A DNA stretch of 64,000 bases. Origin: a virus (Duplodnaviria; Caudoviricetes). The position numbers were made by a program, and so were the translations under genes. Position 1 is the first letter of the stretch, and each line of letters starts with the position of its first letter. Under the pieces are notes generated by a model that did not search any database, had not been told where the DNA came from, and saw only the letters and a program-made list of their open reading frames with translations. Location: positions 1 through 64,000 of IMG/VR virus record IMGVR_UViG_3300026023_000352; one strand, written 5' to 3'. Shown here one piece after another: positions 9,895 through 20,994 of this stretch.

Positions 9895-11205
9895 TCAGTC
9901 ACCGCTATCACCATCCGGCAAAGGCGGAACCCACACCCGGCGCCAAATCACGCTATTAGGGTCTCCATTCTTTAGGATCGAATCAGGCTTGCGTTCCAGG
10001 CTCCAATACCGGCCGGCGTCATCCCGCGAGATGTACGCAAGCGCTGGCCTAGACTCCCAGCCGCAAAGAGACAGCAGGCGCTCGGCAGCCTCCGCGTCGA
10101 GATCCTGAACGATGCGCGGGGCGGTGTGTACCTCGGCGCGGACATCCTGAATACGGATAACCCTCGCTTCATTGTCCGGGCGGGTAATAAGATCGGTGTC
10201 GGTCAAAGCACCCTCCTTACTGTTTGTCCGTCATGCAATAAACGCCGACCAGATAGCCGTCGTCATTAAGTTGTCCGTCAAGGTTATGGCCGCCCTGAGA
10301 GCACGCAATATAAAGTCTGCCATATGATTGCTTTACGGTGCGCAGGCCCCAGGGTTCGATGCAGGTAAAATCGCCATCAATTTGTATTTTGTCGCCTGCC
10401 TTTAACTCGCTAAGTCGAGCATAGGAGCGGCCGTTCAGATCGGTGTCGGTCAAAGCACCCTCCCGCACACGTCGGCATCCTCTGCCGCTCGGTAAGCCGC
10501 CAATGCAACCGCCCTCGCCGCTTCGTACTCTTCATCGATTTTTCTGCGGCGTTTGGTAATGACTCGCTGAAGCGTCTCCCACTGGCGCTCACGCCTGGCG
10601 TGGGCAGCATTGATTGCTTTATTAAGCGCAATCGTGGCCGCTCTCTGCGCTGGCGGCATCGCGTCCAGAACAGCCTGATGATCGAGAGCGCTCAAAGCAC
10701 TCTCCTCATCACATCGACAGCGCGCGGTAACGCGTCGTCGTCGGCACTGCGCCTGTCTTCAGCGGCCTCCGGTGAGTCGTGGCCAAGGCTTCGCGCGATG
10801 GTATGGGCAATCTCGCGGTCGCGACCGCACCAGCGGACGTATCCGCCAACCCTAACGGATATTCGACCGTCGTTGGGGTCTTCATGGATTTCGACGTTCA
10901 TGCAATCCTCCATAGCAACAGGATGATGACGCTCCAGATCGGAGCTGAGATTGACAGCCCGATCACCAGGCCACGAAAGAACCGGCTGTGGTCGTTCTCT
11001 TGCTCTGCGGCACTTGGAGGCGCACTAATGAACCACCCTCCATCCGCGCCGACGCCAGCGCCCCGAGCGCCGCCCGGATGCGCGCTAGTGTTGGATTGCT
11101 GAAAACGCCCATAATATCGAGCAGAGCTTCGGTTTGTTCATGAGCGTCGCAAAGCCAAATGGCAATGTCGTTCTCGCGACGACGAATATCGATATCGTCT
11201 TGCAT
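9895..11205 (-). other. Run of small leftward hypothetical genes (9895-10206, 10217-10453, 10450-10695, 10692-10913, 10963-11205)
   Basis: Closely packed or overlapping minus-strand ORFs with GGAG-type RBSs. Confidence 0.5.
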
Positions 11206-11220
11206 CTGTCGATGCTCCCC

Positions 11221-12138
11221 CTATGCCGCCTCACGCCGCTTTAACTCATCGCAAAAAGCATAAAGCCAATCAGTAGCAATTTCGACCTCAGTCGAACGCC
11301 TCGTTCCGAAGGCCGCGGCCATTGCTTTTGCGCCTATGCCACGACTTTCTATATCCATTATGGCGGCAATAGCCTGCTCGAGACGGGCCATATCATTTTG
11401 CGATTTTCCAGCATCCCTATTGTGGTCTGCCATGCGTTGCATGTTACGCTGCTCGACAGCATAAGGATCGGAGTTTCCGGGCGGCTTCACGTCCTTCATG
11501 CTGGCACGGGACTTACCGCGCTTTTTGGCGGCGTCCTTAATGTCCGTTAGCTTAGCCGCTGCTCCGTCTCCGTGCTGGCGCACCAGCTCCACAGCGGTGC
11601 TCGGTGCCACATCGCCTTGCCTAATCGCTTCGCGGACCTGCTCGGGAGCGGCCAACAGAAATTCGAAATTAGCTATAGATTGCGGGGTCTTATAGCCCAG
11701 CCTCCGGGCGATTTTCTCGCGGGACCAGCCCATATTGATTAGGCGGCGCACCCCCTCCGCCTTTTCAAGCATGGTAAGGGGCTCGCCGGAATTGTGCAGG
11801 AAAAGATTTACGACGCGTTCAGCATCGTTGGTGATCTTCGCCTCAACAATAGCGGGTACAGTCTCAATCTCGACTCCCTCGGCGATAAGCTCCATGACCG
11901 CCCGGTGCCGGCGATGCCCGCTGACGATGTGGACCTCATCACCGATCATCCGGACCTCAAGGGGAGTGATGACCCCACCCTTCTCCCGGATCTGCTCCTT
12001 TAAGACTTTAAGAGTCTCGATCGCCTGCGGCGTTGTGAAATCACGCACATTATAGCCATCCGTGACTTTCAAAAGCCTCGGATCTACCCGGAATGCGTCG
12101 TACTTAGATTTTACCGACTCGTGCTCCCGTAGCCGCAT
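11221..12138 (-). CDS. ParB/Srx N-terminal domain protein
   Basis: 'GYNVRDF', 'PLEVR..IVSGHRRHRAV', 'HNSGEPLTMLEKAEGVRRL' followed by an HTH. Confidence 0.8.
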   Translation of the reverse strand: MRLREHESVKSKYDAFRVDPRLLKVTDGYNVRDFTTPQAIETLKVLKEQIREKGGVITPLEVRMIGDEVHIVSGHRRHRAVMELIAEGVEIETVPAIVEAKITNDAERVVNLFLHNSGEPLTMLEKAEGVRRLINMGWSREKIARRLGYKTPQSIANFEFLLAAPEQVREAIRQGDVAPSTAVELVRQHGDGAAAKLTDIKDAAKKRGKSRASMKDVKPPGNSDPYAVEQRNMQRMADHNRDAGKSQNDMARLEQAIAAIMDIESRGIGAKAMAAAFGTRRSTEVEIATDWLYAFCDELKRREAA

Positions 12139-12267
12139 CGCCCTCTCCCCTCAGACCGCGGTGCCGAGGCGTTACCCCGACTGTCCGCATAGCGTCCTCC
12201 CGATTGAGGGCGGCCGGTCTGATGAACCAGAGCTTACGGCGAGATTCGGAGAAGCGGAAGGATTATT

Positions 12268-12282
12268 TTCGGATTATCCGAA
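12268..12282. promoter_or_regulatory. Palindromic operator candidate TTCGGATTATCCGAA
   Basis: Inverted repeat upstream of the leftward operon; related copies near 13001 and 13035. Confidence 0.5.
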
Positions 12283-12299
12283 TTTTTTTCTGCCGGGGG

Positions 12300-12902
12300 T
12301 CACGGCTTATGCCAGTCGATCTCAGCCACCGCGCGTAGCTGGACGTTGACAATTGGCGGGATTGCTGGGTTGCAGCTCAGTAGAACGTAGCGATCTGGTT
12401 CACTGCCTGGCTGGATAATTTTCAGGAGAAGGGTGCCATCCTCAGTCTCGACCACCGCATCTCTACCGATTAGATCGGCCGGGAGCGCGCCATTTGGGCG
12501 GAAGGCGATCAGGTCGCCAGGGCGGTAGCGTGGGGCCATAGAGTTGCCCGTAATCCGCACCACGATCCCATCATAGCCGGGAATCGGGCTTTCCACCTCT
12601 TCTAACGGGGCGTCGCCAGGGGGCGAGCGCAGCACGATAACGTCCTCCGACACTATTCCAGCGATTATTAAACGCCGATCGCTGTTAGGTAAATCCACAC
12701 CTAAGACGCGAAAAAGATCATCTCTCGAAATTTTCAGAAAGGAGGCCATGCGCGGCGCTTCGGCCATCTTAACCTGTCGCCGCCCTTGAAATATTTCAGT
12801 CACCGCCGACGCGGCGATCCCGAGATGGACCGCCAAATCCTGCTTCTGCTTTTCGACGCTCTTGAGAAGCGCTTTGAGCGTTGCCTGGTCAACCCCAGCC
12901 AC
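12300..12902 (-). CDS. CI-like repressor (XRE HTH + S24 peptidase)
   Basis: N-terminal HTH 'KQDLAVHLGIAASAVTEIFQGRR'; 'VRITGNSMAPRYRPGDLI..LLK'. Confidence 0.88.
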   Translation of the reverse strand: MAGVDQATLKALLKSVEKQKQDLAVHLGIAASAVTEIFQGRRQVKMAEAPRMASFLKISRDDLFRVLGVDLPNSDRRLIIAGIVSEDVIVLRSPPGDAPLEEVESPIPGYDGIVVRITGNSMAPRYRPGDLIAFRPNGALPADLIGRDAVVETEDGTLLLKIIQPGSEPDRYVLLSCNPAIPPIVNVQLRAVAEIDWHKP

Positions 12903-12999
12903 AATGCGTCATCCAGATGATCCAGCTGCAACGCTACCCGCACAGGCGCCGCCGGAGCCAACAAAGATACCAGCGCCGCCAGTAGTCGTCAGTGCAGAA

Positions 13000-13052
13000 T
13001 TTCGGAAATCCCGAATGAGCGCTTGACGCCACACTTCGGATTTTCCTAAGCT
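13000..13052 (+). promoter_or_regulatory. PR-like promoter overlapped by operator-like sites
   Basis: TTGACG-18 nt-TAAGCT (13023-13052); TTCGGAAATCCCGAA and TTCGGATTTTCCTAA between divergent cI and cro. Confidence 0.55.
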
Positions 13053-13058
13053 GCGGCC

Positions 13059-13508
13059 ATGAACGACGCCGCCGGCGACAGGGCCGTCAACCGCCAGGAA
13101 ATCACGCGACTTCTGCGCGAACGCAATGCGCGGCAGACCGACCTGGCCCGCGCCTTGGGTACGCGAGATTCAGCGGTCTCCGATTTGCTGCGCGGCAAAC
13201 GCCGGATTCGGGACCGTGAGCTTCCCGTCTTCGCGTCCTTTCTGGGCATCGAGACCGACGCCGCTTTACGGCTGCTCGGGATCGGAACGCAAGAAACCGG
13301 GACGCCGACAGAGGTGCTGGCTAAGACGGCTCTATATGAAGCGCCGTCGAAACCTCCATCACATCCCGCCCAAGCTCGGCCGCAACTGGTCGGTCCAGAA
13401 GAAGCTGGAACCGTTGCGTCTCTCCCTCCGGAGAGTCGAGCAATAGCTCTAAGACAGCGCGTCCGTCCTTCAGCGTTCCGGTCTTCCAACCGGGCAGACC
13501 GCGCATGA
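13059..13508 (+). CDS. Cro-like XRE HTH regulator
   Basis: 'RQTDLARALGTRDSAVSDLLRGKRRI'; divergent from the repressor. Confidence 0.75.
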   Translation: MNDAAGDRAVNRQEITRLLRERNARQTDLARALGTRDSAVSDLLRGKRRIRDRELPVFASFLGIETDAALRLLGIGTQETGTPTEVLAKTALYEAPSKPPSHPAQARPQLVGPEEAGTVASLPPESRAIALRQRVRPSAFRSSNRADRA

Positions 13509-14533
13509 GCGCCGGGTCTAGAATGATTTCGTCGGCGTTGGCGGGGTTCGGATGCGGGGCCGTATGGCCGAGTGCTATCTGGCGGCTGGTCTCGGGCATT
13601 AGCGGGGCGGGGGCACCGTATCTGTTGAAGGATGCGTACACGACATTTGTTCGTTCGATCGGGACACGTACACCAATAGGTGTCATTAGACAAGACTTTG
13701 CATTGTGCGGCCGTCTCGGCGCGCTTGTGTACCGTATCGTACAGTTCTGTTTTCGTAAAGCGCAATTTAACTTGCGTATACCGGAGCAGTTTCAACCTAC
13801 TCATAATTATACATAATTAGGGAGGACGGTATGACCACGCGCACTCTGACGCACGCCGACTCCACGGAGCACGGCGGGACGCGCCTGCCAGACGCCTGGG
13901 GTGCGCTCGTCATTGTCGCCATAAGCCTAGCGCTATGGGCTGTCATCGGCGCTGCCGTCGTTATCGCTTGGCTGGCGGTGTGGCCATGACCGTGCCTGGC
14001 TGGGAGATCGAGGCTACGCGCCGAGCCGAGCGCTGGGCCGACAGGCTGGTGCCAGCCAATCACCCCAGACGCACGGAGCACGTCGCCCTGTGCCGCGCCC
14101 AACTGCTCGCCTTTGGCGAGTGGGTGTGCGGGCATCATCAGCCCGTCCGCAATCGGGTCACGCCGGCCGCTGCTGTCGCAGCAGGGGAGGAGTAGATGAT
14201 TCGACGCCTCATCCATCGCCTCGCGCACTGGTGCATGCTCAATGCCTGCGTACCCGGCAGCGAGTTTAGGGACGGGCGGCGCGTCCAGGGTGACCGCTGC
14301 GTCGGTTGCGGCCGGTTCGTTGCGTGGGGCGATTGAATGACACCGAGTCCCGCCCAGCCGTCTGCTGCGCATCCGTGCCTCTGCTCCGGATGCTGCGCAA
14401 CCCCCCCGGCTGGGCGGGAACAGACGGCGAGCGTGTTTCATGTTGCTAAATTTACGGACGGGCACCGCTCTCCGCCAGCGCGACGGCATGCAAAATCTTT
14501 GCAAAAACCTGCAACGACTTGCGAAGGTCTGTG

Positions 14534-14944
14534 ATGCGCTACAGCAGCGGACAGCAGGCGGCAGCCGCGCTTAACGGACTTTTGCCGCAAAAAGATCGCG
14601 TTAAGACCGTCGCTCGCCTTTTCGAATGCTCAGCTCGGATGGCGGCGTATTTGCTGGCCGGCGACCATTGGACTTCGCGGCGTTTTGCACAAGCGAGCGA
14701 GTTATTAGGCGACGCATTCGACACGGCATTCAGCAGGCCAGATAATGCATTTCTTCGTAATATAGAGGATCAACGAATAGACGCTCGTATAATGCGTCTG
14801 GAGCACCATCTTGAACAAATGGCTCGCAGGCTTGATGTTACTTTGGCATCGATTCAGGATGCTCCGCCACATGAGGAACGCCGAGACTCTCGATCAAATA
14901 TTAGACACAGACCCAAATCCACCAACTATAAGAAGGCGGATTAG
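14534..14944 (+). CDS. Putative CII-like/HTH regulator
   Basis: 'VKTVARLFECSARMAAYLLAG'; position downstream of cro. Confidence 0.45.
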   Translation: MRYSSGQQAAAALNGLLPQKDRVKTVARLFECSARMAAYLLAGDHWTSRRFAQASELLGDAFDTAFSRPDNAFLRNIEDQRIDARIMRLEHHLEQMARRLDVTLASIQDAPPHEERRDSRSNIRHRPKSTNYKKAD

Positions 14945-15022
14945 TTACCATAAAGATTATGTGCGAAAGCACAAGCGTACTAAGAATGCATACGAGCAAA
15001 TATGGAAACAACAGGGCGGAAA

Positions 15023-15714
15023 ATGACCGAGGGCAAGTTTATGGGACGCCGAGTCTGCTCACCCAAATGCTCGAACGAAAACACAGTTGATCTGGATAAA
15101 CCACACCCGCCCTGCGCTAACGAAAGCTGCTGTGCGCCAGTGTTGCGGCGCTCCAATGAGGGATACACAAGATATCGCCTGCGGCGTTGCTGTTCACCCG
15201 AGTGCGCTAGCGCTAAATACAAACAACAGGGTGGAAAGTGACCGAGGACAAACATCCCCCCGGCAGGCCCCCAAAGCCAGTTGAAGAGCATCTGCCCTGC
15301 GCAAAGTGCCAGGGGCCGATGACAAAACGGGCTAAGGAATCTCATACCGGATTTGCAAGACGCCAATTCTGTTCGAATAAATGCGCAGGTAAATACAAAG
15401 TAAAGCCCGAGAGAGAACACCCACCATGTGCCTATCAAGGCTGTGGTAGGCCGGTATTACGGCGCTCCAATGAGGGCTTCACAAGATATCATTTACGGCG
15501 ATGCTGTTCGCCAGAGTGCGCCCAAGAGATTTCCGTGAAAGGCTCGTCCGAATGGTTTGCGAGGCGCCGCCAAGGGTTAGGCGAATGGCCTGACATAACC
15601 GGATCGAATATGAGCGGCCAACCGTTCGCCGCGTTCGACCGCGATCCGGGAGACGGCGGCCGGATGCGTGTACCGCGGCCCGCAACGTTCGTGGCCACCG
15701 AAGCGACTTCATAG
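15023..15714 (+). CDS. Two tandem Cys-rich zinc-finger-like proteins (15023-15241, 15238-15714)
   Basis: Repeated 'HPPCA..C..PVLRRSNEG.TRY.LRRCCSPECA' and 'FCSNKC'. Confidence 0.6.
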
Positions 15715-15723
15715 GAGTTTTTC

Positions 15724-16014
15724 ATGGCGGATGTAGGTGGCATTGCTGAGGACCAACTGCGCTCATTTATCGAGCGAATTGAGAAGCTGGAAGCGGAGAA
15801 AAAACAACTCGGCGACGATATTAAGGAAATCTATCTGGAAGCTAGAGGCAGCCATTTCGATGTGCCTATCATGAAAAAGATAGTTCGAGAGCGGCGCATG
15901 GACAAGGACGATCTGGACGAACAACAGAATTTACTGGAGCTTTATCGTAAGGCGCTTGGTATGTGGAAAGATACTCCGCTCGGTGAGTATGCTTTTGCGG
16001 ACGCTGCTGAGTGA
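15724..16014 (+). CDS. gapR: GapR/DUF2312 nucleoid-associated protein homologue
   Basis: 'GGIAEDQLRSFIERIEKLEAEKKQLGDDIKEIYLEARG..FDV..LLELYRKALGM'. Confidence 0.9.
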   Translation: MADVGGIAEDQLRSFIERIEKLEAEKKQLGDDIKEIYLEARGSHFDVPIMKKIVRERRMDKDDLDEQQNLLELYRKALGMWKDTPLGEYAFADAAE

Positions 16015-16490
16015 AATCGACTAAGCGCCAGGTCCGTGCGCCTAAGATTACTGAGACTCAGGTGCAAAAGCAGGTCGCTGCGTATTTGGCAAAGGTCGGC
16101 GGGCTCGGTGGATATGCGATGGCGATACACATAAGAAACGAACAATCAACAGCTTGGGGGCGTATAACGGCCATCCAGATGGGAATAAAACTAAGCATAC
16201 CGGATTGGGCCATTTTGAACGGACTCGGAAGCATAGGCTTTATTGAGCAAAAGCGCCCCGGCTGGAAAGCCCGCACGGCAAAAACCGGAAACTATACCGA
16301 ACACGAACAAGCACAACTCGCATTGCACAAGCAGCTCCGGCTCGGCGGATATTGGGTGGAGATATGCGAAACGCTTGAGGAATGGCTTGAGGCGTGCCGC
16401 AAGCATAATGTCCCGCTTCGCTCCGAGAGTATCACTGCCGAGCGCATCAGGCGCGGGATTGAGAATGTTATGGCGGAGGGCGGAGAATGA
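16011..16490 (+). CDS. VRR-NUC-like PD-(D/E)XK nuclease
   Basis: 'TETQVQKQV..HIRNE..IPDW..FIEQK..EQ'. Confidence 0.7.
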   Translation: MKSTKRQVRAPKITETQVQKQVAAYLAKVGGLGGYAMAIHIRNEQSTAWGRITAIQMGIKLSIPDWAILNGLGSIGFIEQKRPGWKARTAKTGNYTEHEQAQLALHKQLRLGGYWVEICETLEEWLEACRKHNVPLRSESITAERIRRGIENVMAEGGE

Positions 16491-17077
16491 TTCCTCTTTC
16501 CGGAGATTGTCTTGAGCAACGATGGTGCGTGTCCCATCGGGCTGACCCTGCAGCGCGGGCGCTCGCCGACCGCCATTACAACCGACAAAAACATGGATCT
16601 CCACAGTTTGTTCCGCCGGGTTCTTGTGCGGTGTTTCTAACAGATTGCGGACGCGCCTTTTGGGTAACGTCGGCTCCTATTGCCAAATATGTCAAACACG
16701 CTTGGGCAGGCGCATGGGTATGCTCAGCCTTCCGTTCTGAGGGCGCCGGAACTGCCTCCGAATTGATTCGTCAAGCTGTTGCCGCAACACTCGCCCATTA
16801 TACACAAGCACCCGATCTTGGCATTATTACGTTTATTAACCGCGAAAAGGTTCGGCCTATAATCGTTCGTGGGAAACCAACTTGGGGATGGACATATAAG
16901 AAGGCTGGATTTCGTCACGTCGGTGAGACAAAAAGCGGACTAATGGCATTACAGATGATTCCAGAAGATATGCCGCCTCCATGGCCGGCAAATTCTAGAA
17001 CAATTATCGGACTGCCACTTTTTGATGGGCGCATCCGGCGCGGACCAGAGAACGCGCTGACGGAGAATAAAGAATGA
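16487..17077 (+). CDS. Putative Mom-like/GNAT-fold DNA modification protein
   Basis: 'ADRHYNRQK..QFVPPG', 'CSAFRSEG..ASELIRQAV', 'ITFI..GWTYKKAGF' resemble Mom-family pattern as I recall it. Confidence 0.45.
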   Translation: MIPLSGDCLEQRWCVSHRADPAARALADRHYNRQKHGSPQFVPPGSCAVFLTDCGRAFWVTSAPIAKYVKHAWAGAWVCSAFRSEGAGTASELIRQAVAATLAHYTQAPDLGIITFINREKVRPIIVRGKPTWGWTYKKAGFRHVGETKSGLMALQMIPEDMPPPWPANSRTIIGLPLFDGRIRRGPENALTENKE

Positions 17078-17529
17078 TTTCCGATAAAGAAAGGGATGCC
17101 CTTAAGGCTGCCGCACACGCGGGTAGGGAGCGTGCGCCCCAACTGCCAGTGGATAATAGTGAGCTTCTTCTGGCTGCCGAACGCGCAGGTAGAGAACGAG
17201 CTGTCGTGGCGCCATCTCAGCTCGGGTATAATCCAGCTCTAAAAGAAAAGGAAGTCGCCCAACGCGCGGGGAAATCGCCAAACCTGCTCTGCTTCATCGA
17301 ACAGTTTCCACTCGCGATGGTTGCGATAGCAGAGTGCCATGACTACGAGCGCGGGCCGCTCGTCAAGGGTGACTATCGGCCGTCATTGTTAAGGCACCTG
17401 TTTGGGCTGGTCGGAATCGGCGAAGAGGAAGAATCACCTCTTATTCATAAGAAGAAGGCCGCATGGAATGCCATCGCTGATCTTGAGATAACGCTGCGGC
17501 AGGCGCGCGACGGCAAAAAGGGAACTTAA
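17074..17529 (+). CDS. dATP/dGTP diphosphohydrolase-like (DUF5664-like), degenerate
   Basis: 'FPLAMVAIA..Y..SLLRHL..EES.LIH..AAWNA.A.LE'. Confidence 0.5.
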   Translation: MISDKERDALKAAAHAGRERAPQLPVDNSELLLAAERAGRERAVVAPSQLGYNPALKEKEVAQRAGKSPNLLCFIEQFPLAMVAIAECHDYERGPLVKGDYRPSLLRHLFGLVGIGEEEESPLIHKKKAAWNAIADLEITLRQARDGKKGT

Positions 17530-18879
17530 CAATGACGGATACATCCTCCGATCCGCTGACACAAGCCGAACTGGAGCGCGACGCCGTTGGCTCCTATTAC
17601 CAAGCCTGCGCCGCTCAGGCTGAGATGTACGCGGCCGGCGTTACGGGAATGGATGTGCCAATTGATCCCTGGACAAAAGCAGATGCGGCATACTGGACCG
17701 CGACGGCGCGCTATCAGCCCTGGAAGGACGTTGCTGCATTCTTTCGAGAAAGCAATTCTATGACCAGCGTAGGCGGTGAATGAAATGCCGAAGCGCCCTC
17801 TCAAAAGGACACCGAAGCCTACAATTCAACAAGCCGCAATTCTGAAACAGATCGCGCGGAGCCGGCTCATCAAAACGTTGCGGCCTGATCATGCTGATCC
17901 CCTGTGGACGATCGACGGCGGCCCGGAAGTACCAAACAAATGCGCTCAGGCGCTTATTCGAAATGGCTGGCTCAAGGCTAATCGAGATGGGCTGGCGATA
18001 TTCGATACTTCACAAACTTACCAAGTTTTGAAACCATGACCCGCCAGGCCGCCATGCTCGATGCTGCGATGACGATGGCTCTCTGGGACGTTGATCCGAA
18101 CCAGTCCAGACGCACGGTGATATTGGTGCATGTAGCGGCGAAGCTGAACGTCAAAGTCAACGCAAAGGCGATAGAGGCAGAGATCGTGCGGCTGCTGCTT
18201 GCTGAAGCGAGCCGATGGGAGTGACGATGTGGTAGAGAACGACCAGCCCACCGCCGCAAACACCGCCGACGATATCGTCTGGACGCCCCAAGAGGCGTTC
18301 GCCTGCGCCCTATGCTGGGCCGGGTACTCATTTATCGCGGCCCGCGATGACACGCCAGAGCAATGCTGGCTGAGCATCACGCCACAGGCGCGCAATGACT
18401 ATCGCCGGGTTGCTAACAATCGGCTGTTGCTGTCCGTGGCTCGCAATAAGGCTGTTGCCATTCTACCGCCAGCAGATTGGTCGCCGGAACAACTCGAAAT
18501 GCTCGGTGGATTCGCAAACCTGACCGCCGAGCATCGCATTTTGCAAATCCTCATGGCGGTGTGGCGCGCCGCCAAGCTGCGGTCGGACTGCGGAAGTGGG
18601 AAACAGCCATGATGAAGTGGCAATATAGAACAGTCCGCGCTAGCCAGATAGCCGCGCTCACCGACGAGACTCTCAATGAACTCGGCGCCGTGGGCTGGGA
18701 GCTTGTCTGTGTGATAGAAAGCGAAACCCAGTGGTTTTACACATTTAAGAGAATGGCCGAATCTGAAAATATACCATTTGACGCATCAGTCAAACCAGGC
18801 GACCCCGACCTCCGACCGCCGCCTTCCCAAGATATTGGCGGCGGGGGCAGATGATACCAGAGACGGAAGGGAACTGGGC

Positions 18880-19437
18880 ATGAGCCAGCTCCCAGGACTC
18901 CTACGCAGTCAGCATGCTCGCGAGCGGTGGGATAGCGACTACTATGTAGAGCCGGCTTGGTGTGTACATTTGTTATTCGATACCGTGCATTTCTATGGAT
19001 CGATCCATGATCCGTGCTGTGGCGGTGGTACAATCCCCACGGTCGCGAGAGAACGTTGGCTGGAAGCAACTGGATCTGATCTTCGCAAAAGACGGTTTGG
19101 TGAAAGCGGCATTGACTTCTTTACGGACAATCGACCGCGCCGGAACATCGTCAGCAACCCGCCGTATAAATTGCTGGAGCAATTCATTCACCACGCTCTG
19201 GCCGTAGCTGAACGCAAGGTTGCGGTCGTGGTGCGGCTGCCGTTTTTAGCGGGACAAAACAGACTGAAAACACTGTATGGGGTACACCATCCCAGGACGG
19301 TAATTGTTTTGTCCAGGCGCCCCAGCATGCCGCCCGGTGATACCGATATACCAGCACGCAATGGTACTGACGATTATTGCTGGTGTGTATGGCAGCATGG
19401 TTTTGAGGGGCCAACAGAATTACGGTGGGCGGCATGA
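18880..19437 (+). CDS. DNA amino-methyltransferase (N6A/N4C)
   Basis: 'DYYVEP', SAM-binding 'DPCCGGG', catalytic 'NIVSNPPY'. Confidence 0.8.
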   Translation: MSQLPGLLRSQHARERWDSDYYVEPAWCVHLLFDTVHFYGSIHDPCCGGGTIPTVARERWLEATGSDLRKRRFGESGIDFFTDNRPRRNIVSNPPYKLLEQFIHHALAVAERKVAVVVRLPFLAGQNRLKTLYGVHHPRTVIVLSRRPSMPPGDTDIPARNGTDDYCWCVWQHGFEGPTELRWAA

Positions 19438-19992
19438 TCACATCCTCCCTCGATAAAGTCACCGCCGAGCGCCACCAGCTTGATCGCAACTATCGCGCGG
19501 CCAGACAAGCGGAGTTTGCCAAGCTATGCGCCGACCCGCTGCACGGAACTCATCTCCGCAAGCTGGTGGCGACTCTTAATCACTTCGGCCCGAACGATGC
19601 AGAACGCATGATCGCCTATTGGCGAACAGAGAACGAGAAATGGCTTTGTGTTGCGTCTAATGATATTCGCGCCGCCGCGCTATCAGCCCTCGGCGAGCGC
19701 ATTGTGCGGATACGTATTAAGTCCGGACTCGTTCCATTCGACGATCCTGTTCCCGGCGAGCCGGATTGCGTGTTTAGGATATGTAAGGGAATTATAGGAA
19801 TATGAGCACGCTCACCGAATATGAAGACGCCGAGTTCGAGATGTACGCATTTCATTGGGAACAACAACTCCGTGATGCAGCCGGTCTATTTGTGCGGGCT
19901 TGTCACGATTGTGGCAAACGGCAGGCTAATCCACCAAGCAGCTTATGCCCAAGCTGTGAGGCATATCGCGCGCATATCGGGGTGCCGGCGAT

Positions 19993-20994
19993 ATGACCAT
20001 CTCGATCAGCGATAGGCTGCACCGATATGCCGCGACCCTAAACAAGACTTGGGCACATGACCGCAGCAAGACTGTCGGCGCGAGCGAGATTGGGCAATGT
20101 GCTCGAAAAACATTCTTTTCTAAACAGAATGCGCCTCGTGATGCTGATTATGAGGACGGTTTCGGAGCGCGGCTGCGCGGCAATGTGATTGAGGAGCACT
20201 ATTGGGAGCCAGGGCTGAGGGCCACTCTAGATGAGGGTGAGAGCCTTTTGTTTGCCGGCAATGATCAGAAAACATTAGAGAGAGGTTATCTTTCTGCCAC
20301 AACTGACGGATTGTTTGTAAGCAAGGCGTTTGATATCTGTATTAACCTAGACTGTAAGTCAATAGATCCGCGCGCCGACATCTCGAAAGAGAAATCTTCG
20401 CACCATTTTCAAGTACAGGCGCAGATGGGGCTGATCCGCGATTGCACCGAGTACAAACCAGACAATAGCATTCTGTCTTATGTGGATGCCTCATTCTGGG
20501 ACAAAATCACCGAATTTGTTATTCCATTCAACCCCCGCATCTACGCTGCCGCCCATGCCCGCGCCGAACGGATCATGACGGCGAGAGATGCTCTGGAATT
20601 GCCTCCGGAGGGAAAAACTGCTGGGGGCGGCGAGTGTCAGTGGTGCGCCTGGGCTTCGCATTGCGCCACCGTGACGATCACCGGGGTCCCGAAACGCTCA
20701 GATCCTATTAGCGATGACATCGCCGAGCAACTGCATGGGTTACGCGATGAAGAGCGGCGGCTTGCCGCTATCGAGGCCGAGGCAAAGGTTTCCCATGCCG
20801 AGGCATCAGAGAGTATCAAGCAATTCCTGCGGCAGATCAATGTGCGCAGGTTCGTGGGCGACGAATGGTCCGTGTCATACTCGATCGTAAATGGTCGGGC
20901 AACACTGGACATCGACGCGATCAAGGCGGCCGGCATTGATCTAGCACCGTACTACAAGACCGGCTCACAATCAGAGAGGTTGATAATTAAATGA
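19993..20994 (+). CDS. PD-(D/E)XK exonuclease (Cas4/YqaJ-like phage recombination nuclease)
   Basis: 'VGASEIGQCARK', 'SATTDG', 'LDCKS', 'QVQAQMG', C-terminal 'CQWC....HC'. Confidence 0.8.
   Translation: MTISISDRLHRYAATLNKTWAHDRSKTVGASEIGQCARKTFFSKQNAPRDADYEDGFGARLRGNVIEEHYWEPGLRATLDEGESLLFAGNDQKTLERGYLSATTDGLFVSKAFDICINLDCKSIDPRADISKEKSSHHFQVQAQMGLIRDCTEYKPDNSILSYVDASFWDKITEFVIPFNPRIYAAAHARAERIMTARDALELPPEGKTAGGGECQWCAWASHCATVTITGVPKRSDPISDDIAEQLHGLRDEERRLAAIEAEAKVSHAEASESIKQFLRQINVRRFVGDEWSVSYSIVNGRATLDIDAIKAAGIDLAPYYKTGSQSERLIIK

Noticed and set aside
1-13000. Integrase/att site
   Set aside because: No tyrosine or serine recombinase motifs recognised in the window
19993-20994. Cas4 as a spacer-acquisition gene for the array
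   Set aside because: It sits 7 kb away beside SSB-like and primase genes, the normal context of a phage recombination exonuclease
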